Source: Candidatus Latescibacterota bacterium (GTDB lineage: Bacteria > Latescibacterota > UBA2968 > UBA8231). From it: a stretch of DNA of 64,000 nucleotides. Below the pieces are notes generated by a model, which saw nothing but the letters and a program-made list of their open reading frames with translations, did no database searches and was not told where the DNA came from. Of this stretch, positions 10,152 to 19,778 are shown one piece after another. The translations under genes were made by a program, and so were the position numbers. The stretch covers positions 1,632,001-1,696,000 of the forward strand of contig CBDFJF010000001.1 of assembly GCA_965248265.1 (NCBI GenBank), written 5' to 3'. How positions within the stretch are numbered: the stretch's first letter is position 1; each line of letters opens with the position of its first letter.

Positions 10152-12038
10152 ATGGCAAAGAAAAAGAAATCCACATCTCCAAACTTTTCTGGTGGCAACG
10201 ACATCCCTCGGAAGTTCGAGAGCAGAATCGCGGCTTTCAACCACCAGCGCATCGAGACCATGGTGCCGATGCGCGACGGCGTCAAACTGTTCACAATCAT
10301 CCTGATACCGGATGAACCTGACAGGCCCATGCCGATTCTGCTGACCCGTACTCCGTACAACGCCGCGGTACGTACATCGCGAACAACGAGCCCTGACATC
10401 GCCATGGTGTTGACGGCCGGCAATGAGGAACTGGTGCGCGATGGCTACATCGTCGTCTACCAGGATGTGCGTGGGCGCTACGGTTCGCAGGGCAAGTACA
10501 TCGTCACTATGCCAGTACGAGGCCCGTTCAACTCTGGCAAGGTCGACCAGGTCACTGATGCGTGGGACACGATCGAATGGCTGCTGCACAATGTCCCCGG
10601 CAACAACGGCCGCATCGGCATGACCGGCGTGTCCTACGATGGCCTGCTCACCGTTATGGCGCTGCTGGAACCGCACCCGGCGCTCAAGGCGGCGGTCCCG
10701 ATCAACTCCATGGTCGACAGCTGGATGGGCGACGACTTCTACCACCAGGGCGCCTTCCGTGCCGTCATGATGCCCTACATCTATCGCCAGACTGCCTCCA
10801 AGGATGGCGGCAAGGCCATACCATGGGGCTACTACGACACCTATTCCGCCGTCCTCGAAGCCGGCTCCATGGGCGAACTCGGCCGGCGCTACGGAATCGA
10901 CCGGTTGCCGGCCTGGAAACGTCTGATCGACCATCCCGACTATGACGACTACTGGCAGGACCAGGCCCTCGACAAGCAACTGGCCAAGGTACCATCCAAG
11001 GTACCGACCCTGACCGTGCACAGCCTCTTCGATCAAGAAGACATGTACGGACCGCTGGCCAGCTATGCTATACTGGCGAAGAAGGACCGGAAGAAACACA
11101 AGACCACGCACCTGGCCATCGGCCCCTGGTATCACGGCCAGGTGAAGGCCGATGGTTCCGCGCTCGGCAGCATCAAATGGGACGCCGACACGTCGCTGCA
11201 ATTTCGGCGCGAAATGTTGAAGCCCTTCTGGGATCTGCATCTCAAGCGCGTCAAGCCGGCTGCTCCGTTGCCTCCCGTGCTGGCGTTTGAGACCGGCGGC
11301 AATCGCTGGCACCACCACAATTCCTGGCCACCTGCCGCAGCGAAGCCTGGCAAGCTGTTCCTTCAACCGGGAGGCAAGCTTTCCTTCGACGCACCCTCCA
11401 AAGGCAGCCAGCAGCCCTTCACCGAGTACATATCAGACCCGGCCAAACCGGTCCCCTACCGTGTTCGTCCGATCCAGACAGTGGGTGGCACCTGGTACCG
11501 GTGGCTCGTCGATGACCAGCGGCCCTTCGCCGATCGGCCCGACGTGCTCACCTTCGTCAGCCAGCCGGTGGCTTCACCCATCACGCTCAGCGGTGAAGTG
11601 GTAGCCCACCTCTTCGCTTCAACCACGGGAAGCGACGCCGACTGGGTCGTCAAGCTCATCGACCTCTACCCGGACGAGGTTCCGGCCCAACCTGAGCTGG
11701 GTGGTTATCAGCTGATGATTTCCGGCGAAATCCAACGCGGCCGCTACCGGGAGAGCTTTTCTGAGGCACGCCCGATCCCGCCAGGAAAAACCCTGCCGTA
11801 CCGCATCCCGATGTCGCACGTGAACCACACCTTCCTGCGCGGGCATCGCCTTCTGGTACAGATCCAGAGCTCGTGGTTTCCAGTCTACGATCGCAATCCG
11901 CAGACCTTCGTCGACCGCATCGCCTGGGCCAAGCCGGATGATTTTCAATCTGCTACACAGCGCATCCACCACGCCCGGGGCGCTGCCAGTTTCCTGGAGC
12001 TCCCGGTAACGGACGCCGGCGGCTTCCTCTCCGCATAG
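10152..12038 (+). CDS. CocE/NonD family hydrolase (alpha-amino acid ester hydrolase-like)
   Basis: PMRDGVKL, RTPY, QDVRGRYGS, nucleophile GVSYDG, DQED, GPWYH, PepX C-terminal domain. Confidence 0.92.
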   Translation: MAKKKKSTSPNFSGGNDIPRKFESRIAAFNHQRIETMVPMRDGVKLFTIILIPDEPDRPMPILLTRTPYNAAVRTSRTTSPDIAMVLTAGNEELVRDGYIVVYQDVRGRYGSQGKYIVTMPVRGPFNSGKVDQVTDAWDTIEWLLHNVPGNNGRIGMTGVSYDGLLTVMALLEPHPALKAAVPINSMVDSWMGDDFYHQGAFRAVMMPYIYRQTASKDGGKAIPWGYYDTYSAVLEAGSMGELGRRYGIDRLPAWKRLIDHPDYDDYWQDQALDKQLAKVPSKVPTLTVHSLFDQEDMYGPLASYAILAKKDRKKHKTTHLAIGPWYHGQVKADGSALGSIKWDADTSLQFRREMLKPFWDLHLKRVKPAAPLPPVLAFETGGNRWHHHNSWPPAAAKPGKLFLQPGGKLSFDAPSKGSQQPFTEYISDPAKPVPYRVRPIQTVGGTWYRWLVDDQRPFADRPDVLTFVSQPVASPITLSGEVVAHLFASTTGSDADWVVKLIDLYPDEVPAQPELGGYQLMISGEIQRGRYRESFSEARPIPPGKTLPYRIPMSHVNHTFLRGHRLLVQIQSSWFPVYDRNPQTFVDRIAWAKPDDFQSATQRIHHARGAASFLELPVTDAGGFLSA

Positions 12039-12056
12039 GTCCTGCCTCAGGGCGAT

Positions 12057-12905
12057 TTGATATACATAGTCACTAATATTCTGCTCAGCTCGGCCTTCAT
12101 CCTGGGAACGAGGTGGGCACAACACCGGCAGACGGACATCCTCAGCGTCGGCGCGGTGAACTACATGGCTAGCTTTGTCTGCGCCCTGCTGGTGTTCCAA
12201 CTGGATGAAGCCAAAGCCGTCAGCATCGCAGCCTGTGCTTCTGGAGCCACCACCGGAGCGGCCTACTTCGTCGCCTTCTTTTTCCTGGCCACGACCCTGC
12301 GATGGAAGGGTGCGGCGCTCGCCTCCGTCGTCTCCAGACTGTCAATCCTCGTCCCCATACTCTGCGGCATTTTGATCTGGCACGAACATCCGTCGACGAT
12401 GCAGTATGCCGGCATCGCCCTGGCCTGCGTCGCACTCGGACTCATAAGACGAGGGCGCCTCCACTTCGACATGTCACAGCTGCCGTGGTACGCACCCCTG
12501 CACATAGCGATGTTTTTCGTCATCGCTGGAGTCTCACGCCTGGGCCCGGAGGCGTTTCATCAGACAGCGGCGCCCCATGAGAAGCCGTTCTTCCTGTTGG
12601 CCACCTTCGGCCTGTCGGCGTTTGCATCGCTAGTCCTCATACTCGTGCGACGAAAGGTGCCGGGGCGTCGAGAAATCGTATTCGGCACCGGCATCGGCGT
12701 GTCCAACATTGGCCAGACATTCGTCATGCTCAAGGCACTCGATGTCTACGATGGTTTTGTCGTTTTCTCGATGATAAGTGCGGGAGGACTGGTGTTCACA
12801 GTCCTGGTGGCGGTCCTTCTCATGGGCGAAAAGCTGACCCGCGGTAGTTGCATCGGAATCGCCGTCGCTGCTATTGCGTTGGTGATGTTGCAGGCGAATT
12901 CCTGA
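12057..12905 (+). CDS. EamA/DMT family transporter
   Basis: About 10 hydrophobic segments in two halves; ILIWHE and LMGEK motifs. Confidence 0.8.
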   Translation: MIYIVTNILLSSAFILGTRWAQHRQTDILSVGAVNYMASFVCALLVFQLDEAKAVSIAACASGATTGAAYFVAFFFLATTLRWKGAALASVVSRLSILVPILCGILIWHEHPSTMQYAGIALACVALGLIRRGRLHFDMSQLPWYAPLHIAMFFVIAGVSRLGPEAFHQTAAPHEKPFFLLATFGLSAFASLVLILVRRKVPGRREIVFGTGIGVSNIGQTFVMLKALDVYDGFVVFSMISAGGLVFTVLVAVLLMGEKLTRGSCIGIAVAAIALVMLQANS

Positions 12906-12932
12906 ACGCCAACCTGACAACGGAGATCTCGA

Positions 12933-13822
12933 ATGTCGAAGAAACAGATCAGCTCAGACTTCACTTATCGGCCGGCGCCCAAGGCCCGGCAATCGCAGAT
13001 CTTCTACGACCCCCTGTCGTATTCGGCTTTCCCTCACGTGATCCGCATGGACCGCGAAGAGTTGCTCATCGCCTTCCGCCAGGCGCCACGACAAAAGGGA
13101 GTCGTCAGACACACCCATCCGCGCTCCGTCATCACTGTCTTCCGTTCCTACGACAACGGTTCCAGCTGGGAGACGGAGAATGCATCTCAATTGGCAGCCG
13201 GCGGCGGACAGGAGCTGGGCTTGATTTACCTCGGCAACGGCAAGGTCGGTGGTGCACTCGCCGCCCATGAAGTCGTACCGGCCCGTGAGCAGGCCCGTTC
13301 CGGGTTTCCCCATCTGCACAAAATCGAATACCCTTTCGTCAACGTCGGTGGGCTCTGGTGTTGGAGTGACAACTACGGACTCACGTGGCGGTGGAGCACT
13401 CGGTTCTTTTCGCCGACAAGATGCAGTGCTGCGCGCCACCGGTGCTGTTAACGGATAATTCTCTGTTGATCCCGGTCTATGGCCCCATCGGCCGTGCTAC
13501 CTGCGACTCTTCGACCCTCCACCGCTCCACCGACGGTGGCGCCAGTTGGAGCGAGCTTGCGGTCATGGCCAGAGGCAAGCCTCAGGCCCGGGGGTACTGC
13601 GAGCCGGTTGTGATGGAGTTGTCGCCCGGGCACCTGCTCGTCCTGCACCGGGTCGGTAATCCCAAAGGAGAGGTAGGCATCTTCTGGCGCAACGATTCCA
13701 CCGACAACGGCAAGACCTGGAGCCGCACCGAGGCCACCTCCATCAAGTCCGGCGCCTGCCCCCGGCTGCTCAAGCTGCGCGACGGCCGGCTGCTGTTGAC
13801 CTACGGTCGCCGCTTCGACCGC
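12933..13822 (+). pseudogene. sialidase/BNR-repeat protein, frameshifted and 3'-truncated
   Basis: Four Asp-boxes (SYDNGSSW, SDNYGLTW, STDGGASW, STDNGKTW) split over two frames near 13390. Homology ends at LTYGRRF against the convergent gene. Confidence 0.75.
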
Positions 13823-15154
13823 TCAATGCGCCGCCCGGTGCATTCTTCGGTAAAACGACACAGCTCCGATCAACTGCACGATGTAGAGCAGGGCGGCGAA
13901 CAGAAAGAACACCTCAATACCGTCGGCTACAGCGGTCAGAAAGTAGAAGAACGAAAAGAAATCCCTCTTGCCCATGAAGGTGCCGCGCTGCAATATCCGA
14001 TAAATCAGTCCCCGATCGGCCTCCGCAACCTGCCTGGTGAAGTTGGTCATGAAGTGTTGCAGGCTACCGCTCCCCGACCTCCACGCACTGATGTACATGA
14101 CCACCAGGAACACCAGTAACATGCCGATGCACGATAGACCAATGATCATGTACACCGGCTCGGGATGGACCTTGCTGAAGCCGACCAGAAAACAGAGGCT
14201 GGCACACACGTAGGCGATGTTGTCGGTGACCGTATCGAACCAGGCCCCGAATTTGGATTCGCACAGCTTGACTCTGGCCACTTCCCCATCGCACCGGTCG
14301 AAGACCGCAGCCAGATGCCAGAGAATGCCTGAAAGCGCCAACTTGGGGTACTCGTTCGGGGACAGCATCAGATAGGCCGCCCCCAGTCCAGTAGGCATGA
14401 CCAGTAGCATGGTGATCATGTGCGGCGACAGGCCGGTCTCGACCAGAATCTTCGAGGTGGGAATCGACAGGCGAGCGTTCAGATGACGCGAAACGAATCC
14501 ACTGGTCTTCTTTGTCACCTGACCGAAGAGCATGTTTTTGACGGCGCGCGCGTCCCGACGGTCTCTCACCCGCCTCCAGAGAGGCTGTGCGAATGCGTGC
14601 TGGGTGTGGCCCGTCTCTGCCTTGTCGGCTAATAGCGTCCAGAAATCCAGTTGGTCATCGGCCATTTCTTGTGCCGAAAACAGGTTCGCGGCACACAAGA
14701 ATGTCCCGGTGCACACCGGCCCGTCGGGGGTCTCGGTAGCGCGGAAAGCGAGTCTGGGGCCCGCTTCGACGACCATGTTGACGCCTTGCTGTTGAGGGTC
14801 ACTGACCTGGACAATCGCATTCAGGTCCCCCAGCTCGCGGTTCATCAGGTCGGTCAGTGAAGAATGGTGATGCACGTAGTCGCCGAGCAGGACCAGAAAA
14901 TCCCCGGCCGGTAGTTCCTCCGGCGCGGGCGAGGATCCCCAGGAAACAAACCGCAACTCCAATGGTAGTTTTCTAGTGAAAGCAGTCAGATTCAACTTCG
15001 CGGCCGGCGGCATGACGACGAGCACCTTATCGATGCCGGCCTTGGCCATGGTGCGAATGCCCCGTTCCAATAATCTCAACCCGGCCACCCGGGTTCGGTA
15101 GGTAACCGCTTCGTCGGGCTGGTTGGGAAACAGGAGAATTCCTTCGCGGATCAC
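13823..15154 (-). CDS. CDP-alcohol phosphatidyltransferase with N-terminal nucleotidyltransferase-like domain
   Basis: DRCDGEVAR...GAWFDTVTD signature. N-terminus VAGLRLLERGIR...GIDKVLVV resembles IPCT/MobA-like folds. Confidence 0.85.
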   Translation of the reverse strand: MIREGILLFPNQPDEAVTYRTRVAGLRLLERGIRTMAKAGIDKVLVVMPPAAKLNLTAFTRKLPLELRFVSWGSSPAPEELPAGDFLVLLGDYVHHHSSLTDLMNRELGDLNAIVQVSDPQQQGVNMVVEAGPRLAFRATETPDGPVCTGTFLCAANLFSAQEMADDQLDFWTLLADKAETGHTQHAFAQPLWRRVRDRRDARAVKNMLFGQVTKKTSGFVSRHLNARLSIPTSKILVETGLSPHMITMLLVMPTGLGAAYLMLSPNEYPKLALSGILWHLAAVFDRCDGEVARVKLCESKFGAWFDTVTDNIAYVCASLCFLVGFSKVHPEPVYMIIGLSCIGMLLVFLVVMYISAWRSGSGSLQHFMTNFTRQVAEADRGLIYRILQRGTFMGKRDFFSFFYFLTAVADGIEVFFLFAALLYIVQLIGAVSFYRRMHRAAH

Positions 15155-16326
15155 GGTCGCCCGTCCGTCTGAACTCGGCGAATCTCTGCCGCCATACGGC
15201 TAAGTTCGGCGTCGGGCATCTGGGGATACATGGGCACGAACACCATCGTCTCAAGCAGCTGCTTGGCCGTGTCAGGCGATAGCCAGGGACGGTCCTCAGG
15301 AGCCTCCACGAGACACAGACTCTCTCCCTGGGTGGCGTCGAAACCGGCCTGCCGCAGGGCCCCCATCAGCTTTTCTGGCTCGCACGCAACGACGGGGAAG
15401 AGCCAGTGAGTATGTCGGACCGAGGCGCTGCCGGGCACGAACACGTTTTCTCCCAATACCTGTAGCAAGTGGCGTCCTTTCGCCGCGCGCGGTGCCAGTC
15501 GCCGTGCGTCGAACCGGTTTAGTCGGCGTTTGAGTAACCGCAACAACGGTGGTGGCGGTTGCCGGCGGATGGAGGTGACCAGATCCCGCTCTCCGAAAGT
15601 CCTTGCCGAACGGCTGATCAGATGATCGTGATCAATCCGGCAACACCGGCAGATACGATTGAAGACGGCATAGGGAAACCGTGCGGATATGGCTTTCATC
15701 AGGCCGTATTTGACGATGCGTTTAAAGTAGCGGAAGCGGCTTGGGCGAGGGTATGAGTCCTGTATCTGTTGCATCCCGCGCAGCAGTCCGGCATCTGGCG
15801 CCACGGCCAGCCCTCCACCCATGGCCGTACATGTCTTGATTGGACCGAAACTATAGAAAGCCAGGTCGGCTTCGCCAGCCTGAAAATCCTCGGTGCCTTC
15901 GAAGGCCTGAGCGCGGTCCTCGATCAGAATCAGGTCATGCTGGTTTGCGAAGGCGATGAAGGGCGCCATATCGAAGCGGCTGCCAAACAGATGCGCGACC
16001 ACGAGCATCCGGGTCTTTGGCTGCAGCCCTCGTTTCAGCGACTCGATCGAGGGAGTGAGATGGGTCGGTTCGAGATCGACGGGGACAGGCACCAGGCCGT
16101 GGGAGCGCATGATGGCCACGATGTCGGGAATGGTAATCGCCGATACCAGGACCTCAGATCCGGGAGGAAACGACAGTGTCTGCAACAGCAGATCGAACGC
16201 CGTGCGTGCAGACTGGCAGTAGAGCACTCGGGGGTCGCGCGTTCTCGCCCGTTCCGGCATTATACAGGCAACGCTTCCGTACAGAAGATCTGCCCAGGGA
16301 ATGTCGAGCTTCTTGCGCACCCACAT
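15151..16326 (-). CDS. DegT/DnrJ/EryC1/StrS PLP aminotransferase
   Basis: VPVDL, HLFG, IEDRAQ, SFGPIK (PLP Lys). Start MWVRKK has a GGAGAGG RBS; stop overlaps the next start. Confidence 0.88.
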   Translation of the reverse strand: MWVRKKLDIPWADLLYGSVACIMPERARTRDPRVLYCQSARTAFDLLLQTLSFPPGSEVLVSAITIPDIVAIMRSHGLVPVPVDLEPTHLTPSIESLKRGLQPKTRMLVVAHLFGSRFDMAPFIAFANQHDLILIEDRAQAFEGTEDFQAGEADLAFYSFGPIKTCTAMGGGLAVAPDAGLLRGMQQIQDSYPRPSRFRYFKRIVKYGLMKAISARFPYAVFNRICRCCRIDHDHLISRSARTFGERDLVTSIRRQPPPPLLRLLKRRLNRFDARRLAPRAAKGRHLLQVLGENVFVPGSASVRHTHWLFPVVACEPEKLMGALRQAGFDATQGESLCLVEAPEDRPWLSPDTAKQLLETMVFVPMYPQMPDAELSRMAAEIRRVQTDGRP

Positions 16327-16389
16327 GTCACCCACCTCTCCTGGATCACTGCTCCGCCGCCGGCCACACACTGACGCACCAGCCGATGA

Positions 16390-16406
16390 TGCAAACCTGA
16401 TGCCAA
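16390..16406 (-). promoter_or_regulatory. putative sigma54 -24/-12 promoter
   Basis: Minus strand reads TTGGCATCAGGTTTGCA (GG-N10-GC), about 65 bp upstream of the DegT start. Confidence 0.55.
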
Positions 16407-16471
16407 TGGTGGACACGCTACCAACCAACGCACAGGTTGCCATCCCGACTTGAACTTAGGTTGCATGGGCT

Positions 16472-16487
16472 TGCGCATCCATGCGCA
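16472..16487. promoter_or_regulatory. palindrome TGCGCAT-CC-ATGCGCA, candidate operator/enhancer
   Basis: Perfect 7-bp inverted repeat in the divergent intergenic region. Confidence 0.4.
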
Positions 16488-16549
16488 GCGATTGCGCGGT
16501 CCGACGGTGAATTTTTCGTATTGAGCATCTCCTAGTACATTAGAAGGTC

Positions 16550-17341
16550 ATGCCGTCGGGTACTGTCTTAATCGTTGAAGATCAGGCCATAGTAGCCAAG
16601 GATCTCTCCTATTGCGTGGGAGACCTGGGTTATGATGTCGTCGACATCGTTGCGTCCGGAACCGTAGCCGTGACCAAGGTCGCCCAGCTGAAGCCGGACG
16701 TCGTGTTGATGGATATCGGCCTCGAAGGTGACCGCGACGGCATCTCAGCTGCCGAGGCCATCGGCAAGCGCTTTAACGTTCCCGTGGTGTTCGTCACCAG
16801 CCAGACTGATATCGCGACCATCACGAGAGCGAAGCGGACGGAACCTGCCGGTTACGTCGTCAAGCCGTTCGAACCCGAGCAGATTGCCGACGCGCTGCGC
16901 GCGGCGATGAACAGGCCGAGCGAGCAACCGGCCGAGCGCCCAGGGCGGCCTTCACCGGTGGCTGCACCTGTAGACCCGTCCGGTCCGTCAACCATTCTCA
17001 TCATAGACGACCAGGAGCACACGCAGGCGACGGTGATAAGTGGCCTGCCGCGCGGGCAACGCGTCAAGCTGGCGGGATCGTTCGATGCGGCCAAGGACAT
17101 GCTGCGCAAGCAGGGGTTCAACCTCATTCTCATAAACATCAACCTTCCGGACGCCGATGGAGGCTCGTCGATACGAGAGCTGCGCCGGTTGGTGGGCCCC
17201 CAAACCCCGATCATCGCCATCGCCGAAAGAGTCAGCCCGACGTTGGCCGCCTTCGTGAAGGAATCTGTTTCAGCCCTGCTGCAATCAGCGCAGGTGGAGT
17301 CCCGCCTCGGGGCCGAAGTCAACGCAGCGCTGGGGTTGTGA
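16550..17341 (+). CDS. response regulator with two receiver domains (second degenerate)
   Basis: REC1 has IVED, LMD, VKP. After a Pro-rich linker, REC2 has IIDD but Asn at the phospho-Asp position (ILININLP). Confidence 0.85.
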   Translation: MPSGTVLIVEDQAIVAKDLSYCVGDLGYDVVDIVASGTVAVTKVAQLKPDVVLMDIGLEGDRDGISAAEAIGKRFNVPVVFVTSQTDIATITRAKRTEPAGYVVKPFEPEQIADALRAAMNRPSEQPAERPGRPSPVAAPVDPSGPSTILIIDDQEHTQATVISGLPRGQRVKLAGSFDAAKDMLRKQGFNLILININLPDADGGSSIRELRRLVGPQTPIIAIAERVSPTLAAFVKESVSALLQSAQVESRLGAEVNAALGL

Positions 17342-17388
17342 TCAGGGCGCGGGTGAACGAGCGATCAAGAAGCGATCGCGACGCGCAC

Positions 17389-19026
17389 TCAATAGGCGAT
17401 CGCGTAGCCATCCCGCCGCGGATCTGATCCACCCGCCATCGCCCCGGTCTCCGCATCCACACGGATGAACTGGGCGTTTCCCGGCCCGCCCCAGTCCCCG
17501 AGAATTTCCAGCGCGTGCCCCCGGCCCTCCAGCCCCTGCCTCGCCGCCTCATCGAAGCGACCCTCTAACTGCAGCATATCCTCACAGGTGTGCGGCACTG
17601 TCGATTCCATCGGGTTCTGCAGGCTGCGCCACCGCGGAGCTTCGACCGCCTCTTGTGGCGTCATGCCGAAGTGAATGGCGTGCGTCAGCAGCTGTAGATT
17701 GGTCTGCACTTGAGTATCGGCCCCTGGTGTGCCGCAGACGATGGCGGGCTTACCATCCTGGGTTGCGATGACCGGGTTCATGGTGTGACGAACCCGCTTT
17801 CCAGGAGCCAGACAATTCGCATGGCCCTCTTCCAGGTGCCAGTAGGTCATCCGGTTGTTCAGTAGAATGCCGGTATCGCCGGCGATCAGACTCGAGCCGA
17901 ATCCCATTTGGATGCTCTGCAACATACAGACGGCGTTGCCCTGCCCGTCGGCGACACAGAAGCAGGTGGTGTCCTCTTGTTGCTCTGGTGAGCCCGGACC
18001 CACCTCCGTGTTTACTCGGTCGAAATCGATTTCGCGCGCTCGCTCTCGGGCGTAATCTTTGGAGAGCAGGCCATCGATCGGCACGTCGATCCAATCCGGA
18101 TCGGCCATGAAGGCCTCGCGGTCGGCAAAGGCCAGCCGCTTGGCCTCAACCATGACGTGGATGCTCTCGGCGTTCAGGCATCCCATCCCCTCAATGTCGA
18201 AGCCTTCGATCAGGTTGAGTTCCTGCAGCAGAATGTGACCGCTCGAGTTCGGCGGCATCTCGTAGACGCGATATCCCAGGTAGTCGACATATATGGGTTC
18301 ATCCCATCTGGCATTGAACGCGGCGAAGTCCGCCTCCGTGAGCAGGCCTTCGTAATCCCTGCTGAACTCGGCGACCCGGCGCGCGATGTCCCCTTCGTAG
18401 AAGGCACCCCGTCCGTTTTCTGCAATTTGTCGCAGCGTCGTCCCGAGGTCTCGCTGCACCAGGATCTCGCCTGCTGCCAGTGGTCGGCCGGCCGGTTCAA
18501 AGATGGCGCGCGTGAACGGATCGGAAGCGAAGTTCTGGTGCTCCTCGGCCAGCATGGCCGCCAGCTTGTGGCTGACCGCGTACCCGCGCCCACACAGATC
18601 GATCGCCGGTGCGAACACATCGCTCAAGCTGAGCTTGCCGAAGCGCTCGTGCGCCATCAACCAGCCGTCCACCAGACCCGGGACTGAGACACTCAGAATC
18701 CCCTTCATCGGGATGCCCCCGCGCTCGGCGTAGAGCTCGCGCGTCGCGGCTGCCGGCGCCGGACCGGTCGCGTTGACCCCGAACATCTGCTGCGACTCGG
18801 CATCGTAGATCATGATGAAGCCGTCACCCCCGACCCCGGACATCGGCAGTTCGACAACGCCAAGGGCGGCGGCTGTCGCGATCGCGGCGTCGACGGCGTT
18901 ACCCCCCGCCTGCATGATCTGGATACCGGCCTGTGAGGCCAGGGCATCCCCGGATGCGATCACACCGTGAAGGCCCTGCACCGAGGGACGGTACGCTGGA
19001 AAGGCGACTTCATGAGGTGACGACAT
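17389..19026 (-). CDS. gamma-glutamyltransferase family protein (second copy)
   Basis: GGNAVDAA, SVPG, ED-TTCFCVAD, LNNRM, PGKRVRHT, GSDPRRDG. Confidence 0.92.
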   Translation of the reverse strand: MSSPHEVAFPAYRPSVQGLHGVIASGDALASQAGIQIMQAGGNAVDAAIATAAALGVVELPMSGVGGDGFIMIYDAESQQMFGVNATGPAPAAATRELYAERGGIPMKGILSVSVPGLVDGWLMAHERFGKLSLSDVFAPAIDLCGRGYAVSHKLAAMLAEEHQNFASDPFTRAIFEPAGRPLAAGEILVQRDLGTTLRQIAENGRGAFYEGDIARRVAEFSRDYEGLLTEADFAAFNARWDEPIYVDYLGYRVYEMPPNSSGHILLQELNLIEGFDIEGMGCLNAESIHVMVEAKRLAFADREAFMADPDWIDVPIDGLLSKDYARERAREIDFDRVNTEVGPGSPEQQEDTTCFCVADGQGNAVCMLQSIQMGFGSSLIAGDTGILLNNRMTYWHLEEGHANCLAPGKRVRHTMNPVIATQDGKPAIVCGTPGADTQVQTNLQLLTHAIHFGMTPQEAVEAPRWRSLQNPMESTVPHTCEDMLQLEGRFDEAARQGLEGRGHALEILGDWGGPGNAQFIRVDAETGAMAGGSDPRRDGYAIAY

Positions 19027-19713
19027 CGAGATCTCTCACCACGTTTGATAGCACACGTAACCCAGGCCATAGCCGACCGCCAGCATGGTGACGAAGCCGC
19101 CACCCATCCAGAACGCCAGTTCCTTCGTGCCGTACCACAACGACATGACCCACTTCACCAGCGCGTTCATGGTGATGGCGATAAAGACCGCGATGCCAGC
19201 CGCCGGAATCGGTATCACCCCCTCCTTCACCATATCCGCCATCGACAGGGTGATGGCACTGGCGTCCCCCAGTCCGGCAACAGCACTGGCGATGTAGACC
19301 CCCTCCGCGCCCATCCAAGCCCCGGCCAGCTTCACGAACAGGAAGATGACAACGAAGAACAGGCCGAATTTCAGTGCCGGCGTCAGCGAGTACGGATTTT
19401 CCATCGGCATGTCGACCCCCGGTTCCTCCGCCCTCACCGACTTCGACAACAACCAGGCTCCCGCCATGCCGGCAATGGCCATGCCCAACAACGGCAAGGC
19501 GAGGAATCTGCCGAGGGTCTCGTCAACGAACCAGGCCAGCGCCAGAAGCCGGGGGAACTGCACCGCGTTGGCTGATACCGCAACCACGCCGCAGATACGA
19601 GCGTGGGTCGGGGCACCCCTTGCCCGCGTCGCCAGCGACATCGTCACCGCCGTCGTCGACACCAAGCCGCCCACGATTCCCGACACCCCTAGTGCTCTGT
19701 TAAGAAATCGAGC

Positions 19714-19742
19714 TTGTACTTTGTCGTAAGTCGTGGTATCAT
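19714..19742 (+). promoter_or_regulatory. putative transposase sigma70 promoter
   Basis: TTGTAC-17 nt-TATCAT with extended TG, followed by an AGGAGG RBS. Confidence 0.5.
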
Positions 19743-19778
19743 GGATACATATGGTGAATCCGTCAGGAGGGTCATGCT

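Noticed and set aside
10074-11366. Long antisense ORFs (also 1622-2479, 2539-3339, 43893-44708, 54796-55788, 61043-61855)
   Set aside because: They are shadow frames of well-supported genes in GC-rich DNA and carry no motifs.
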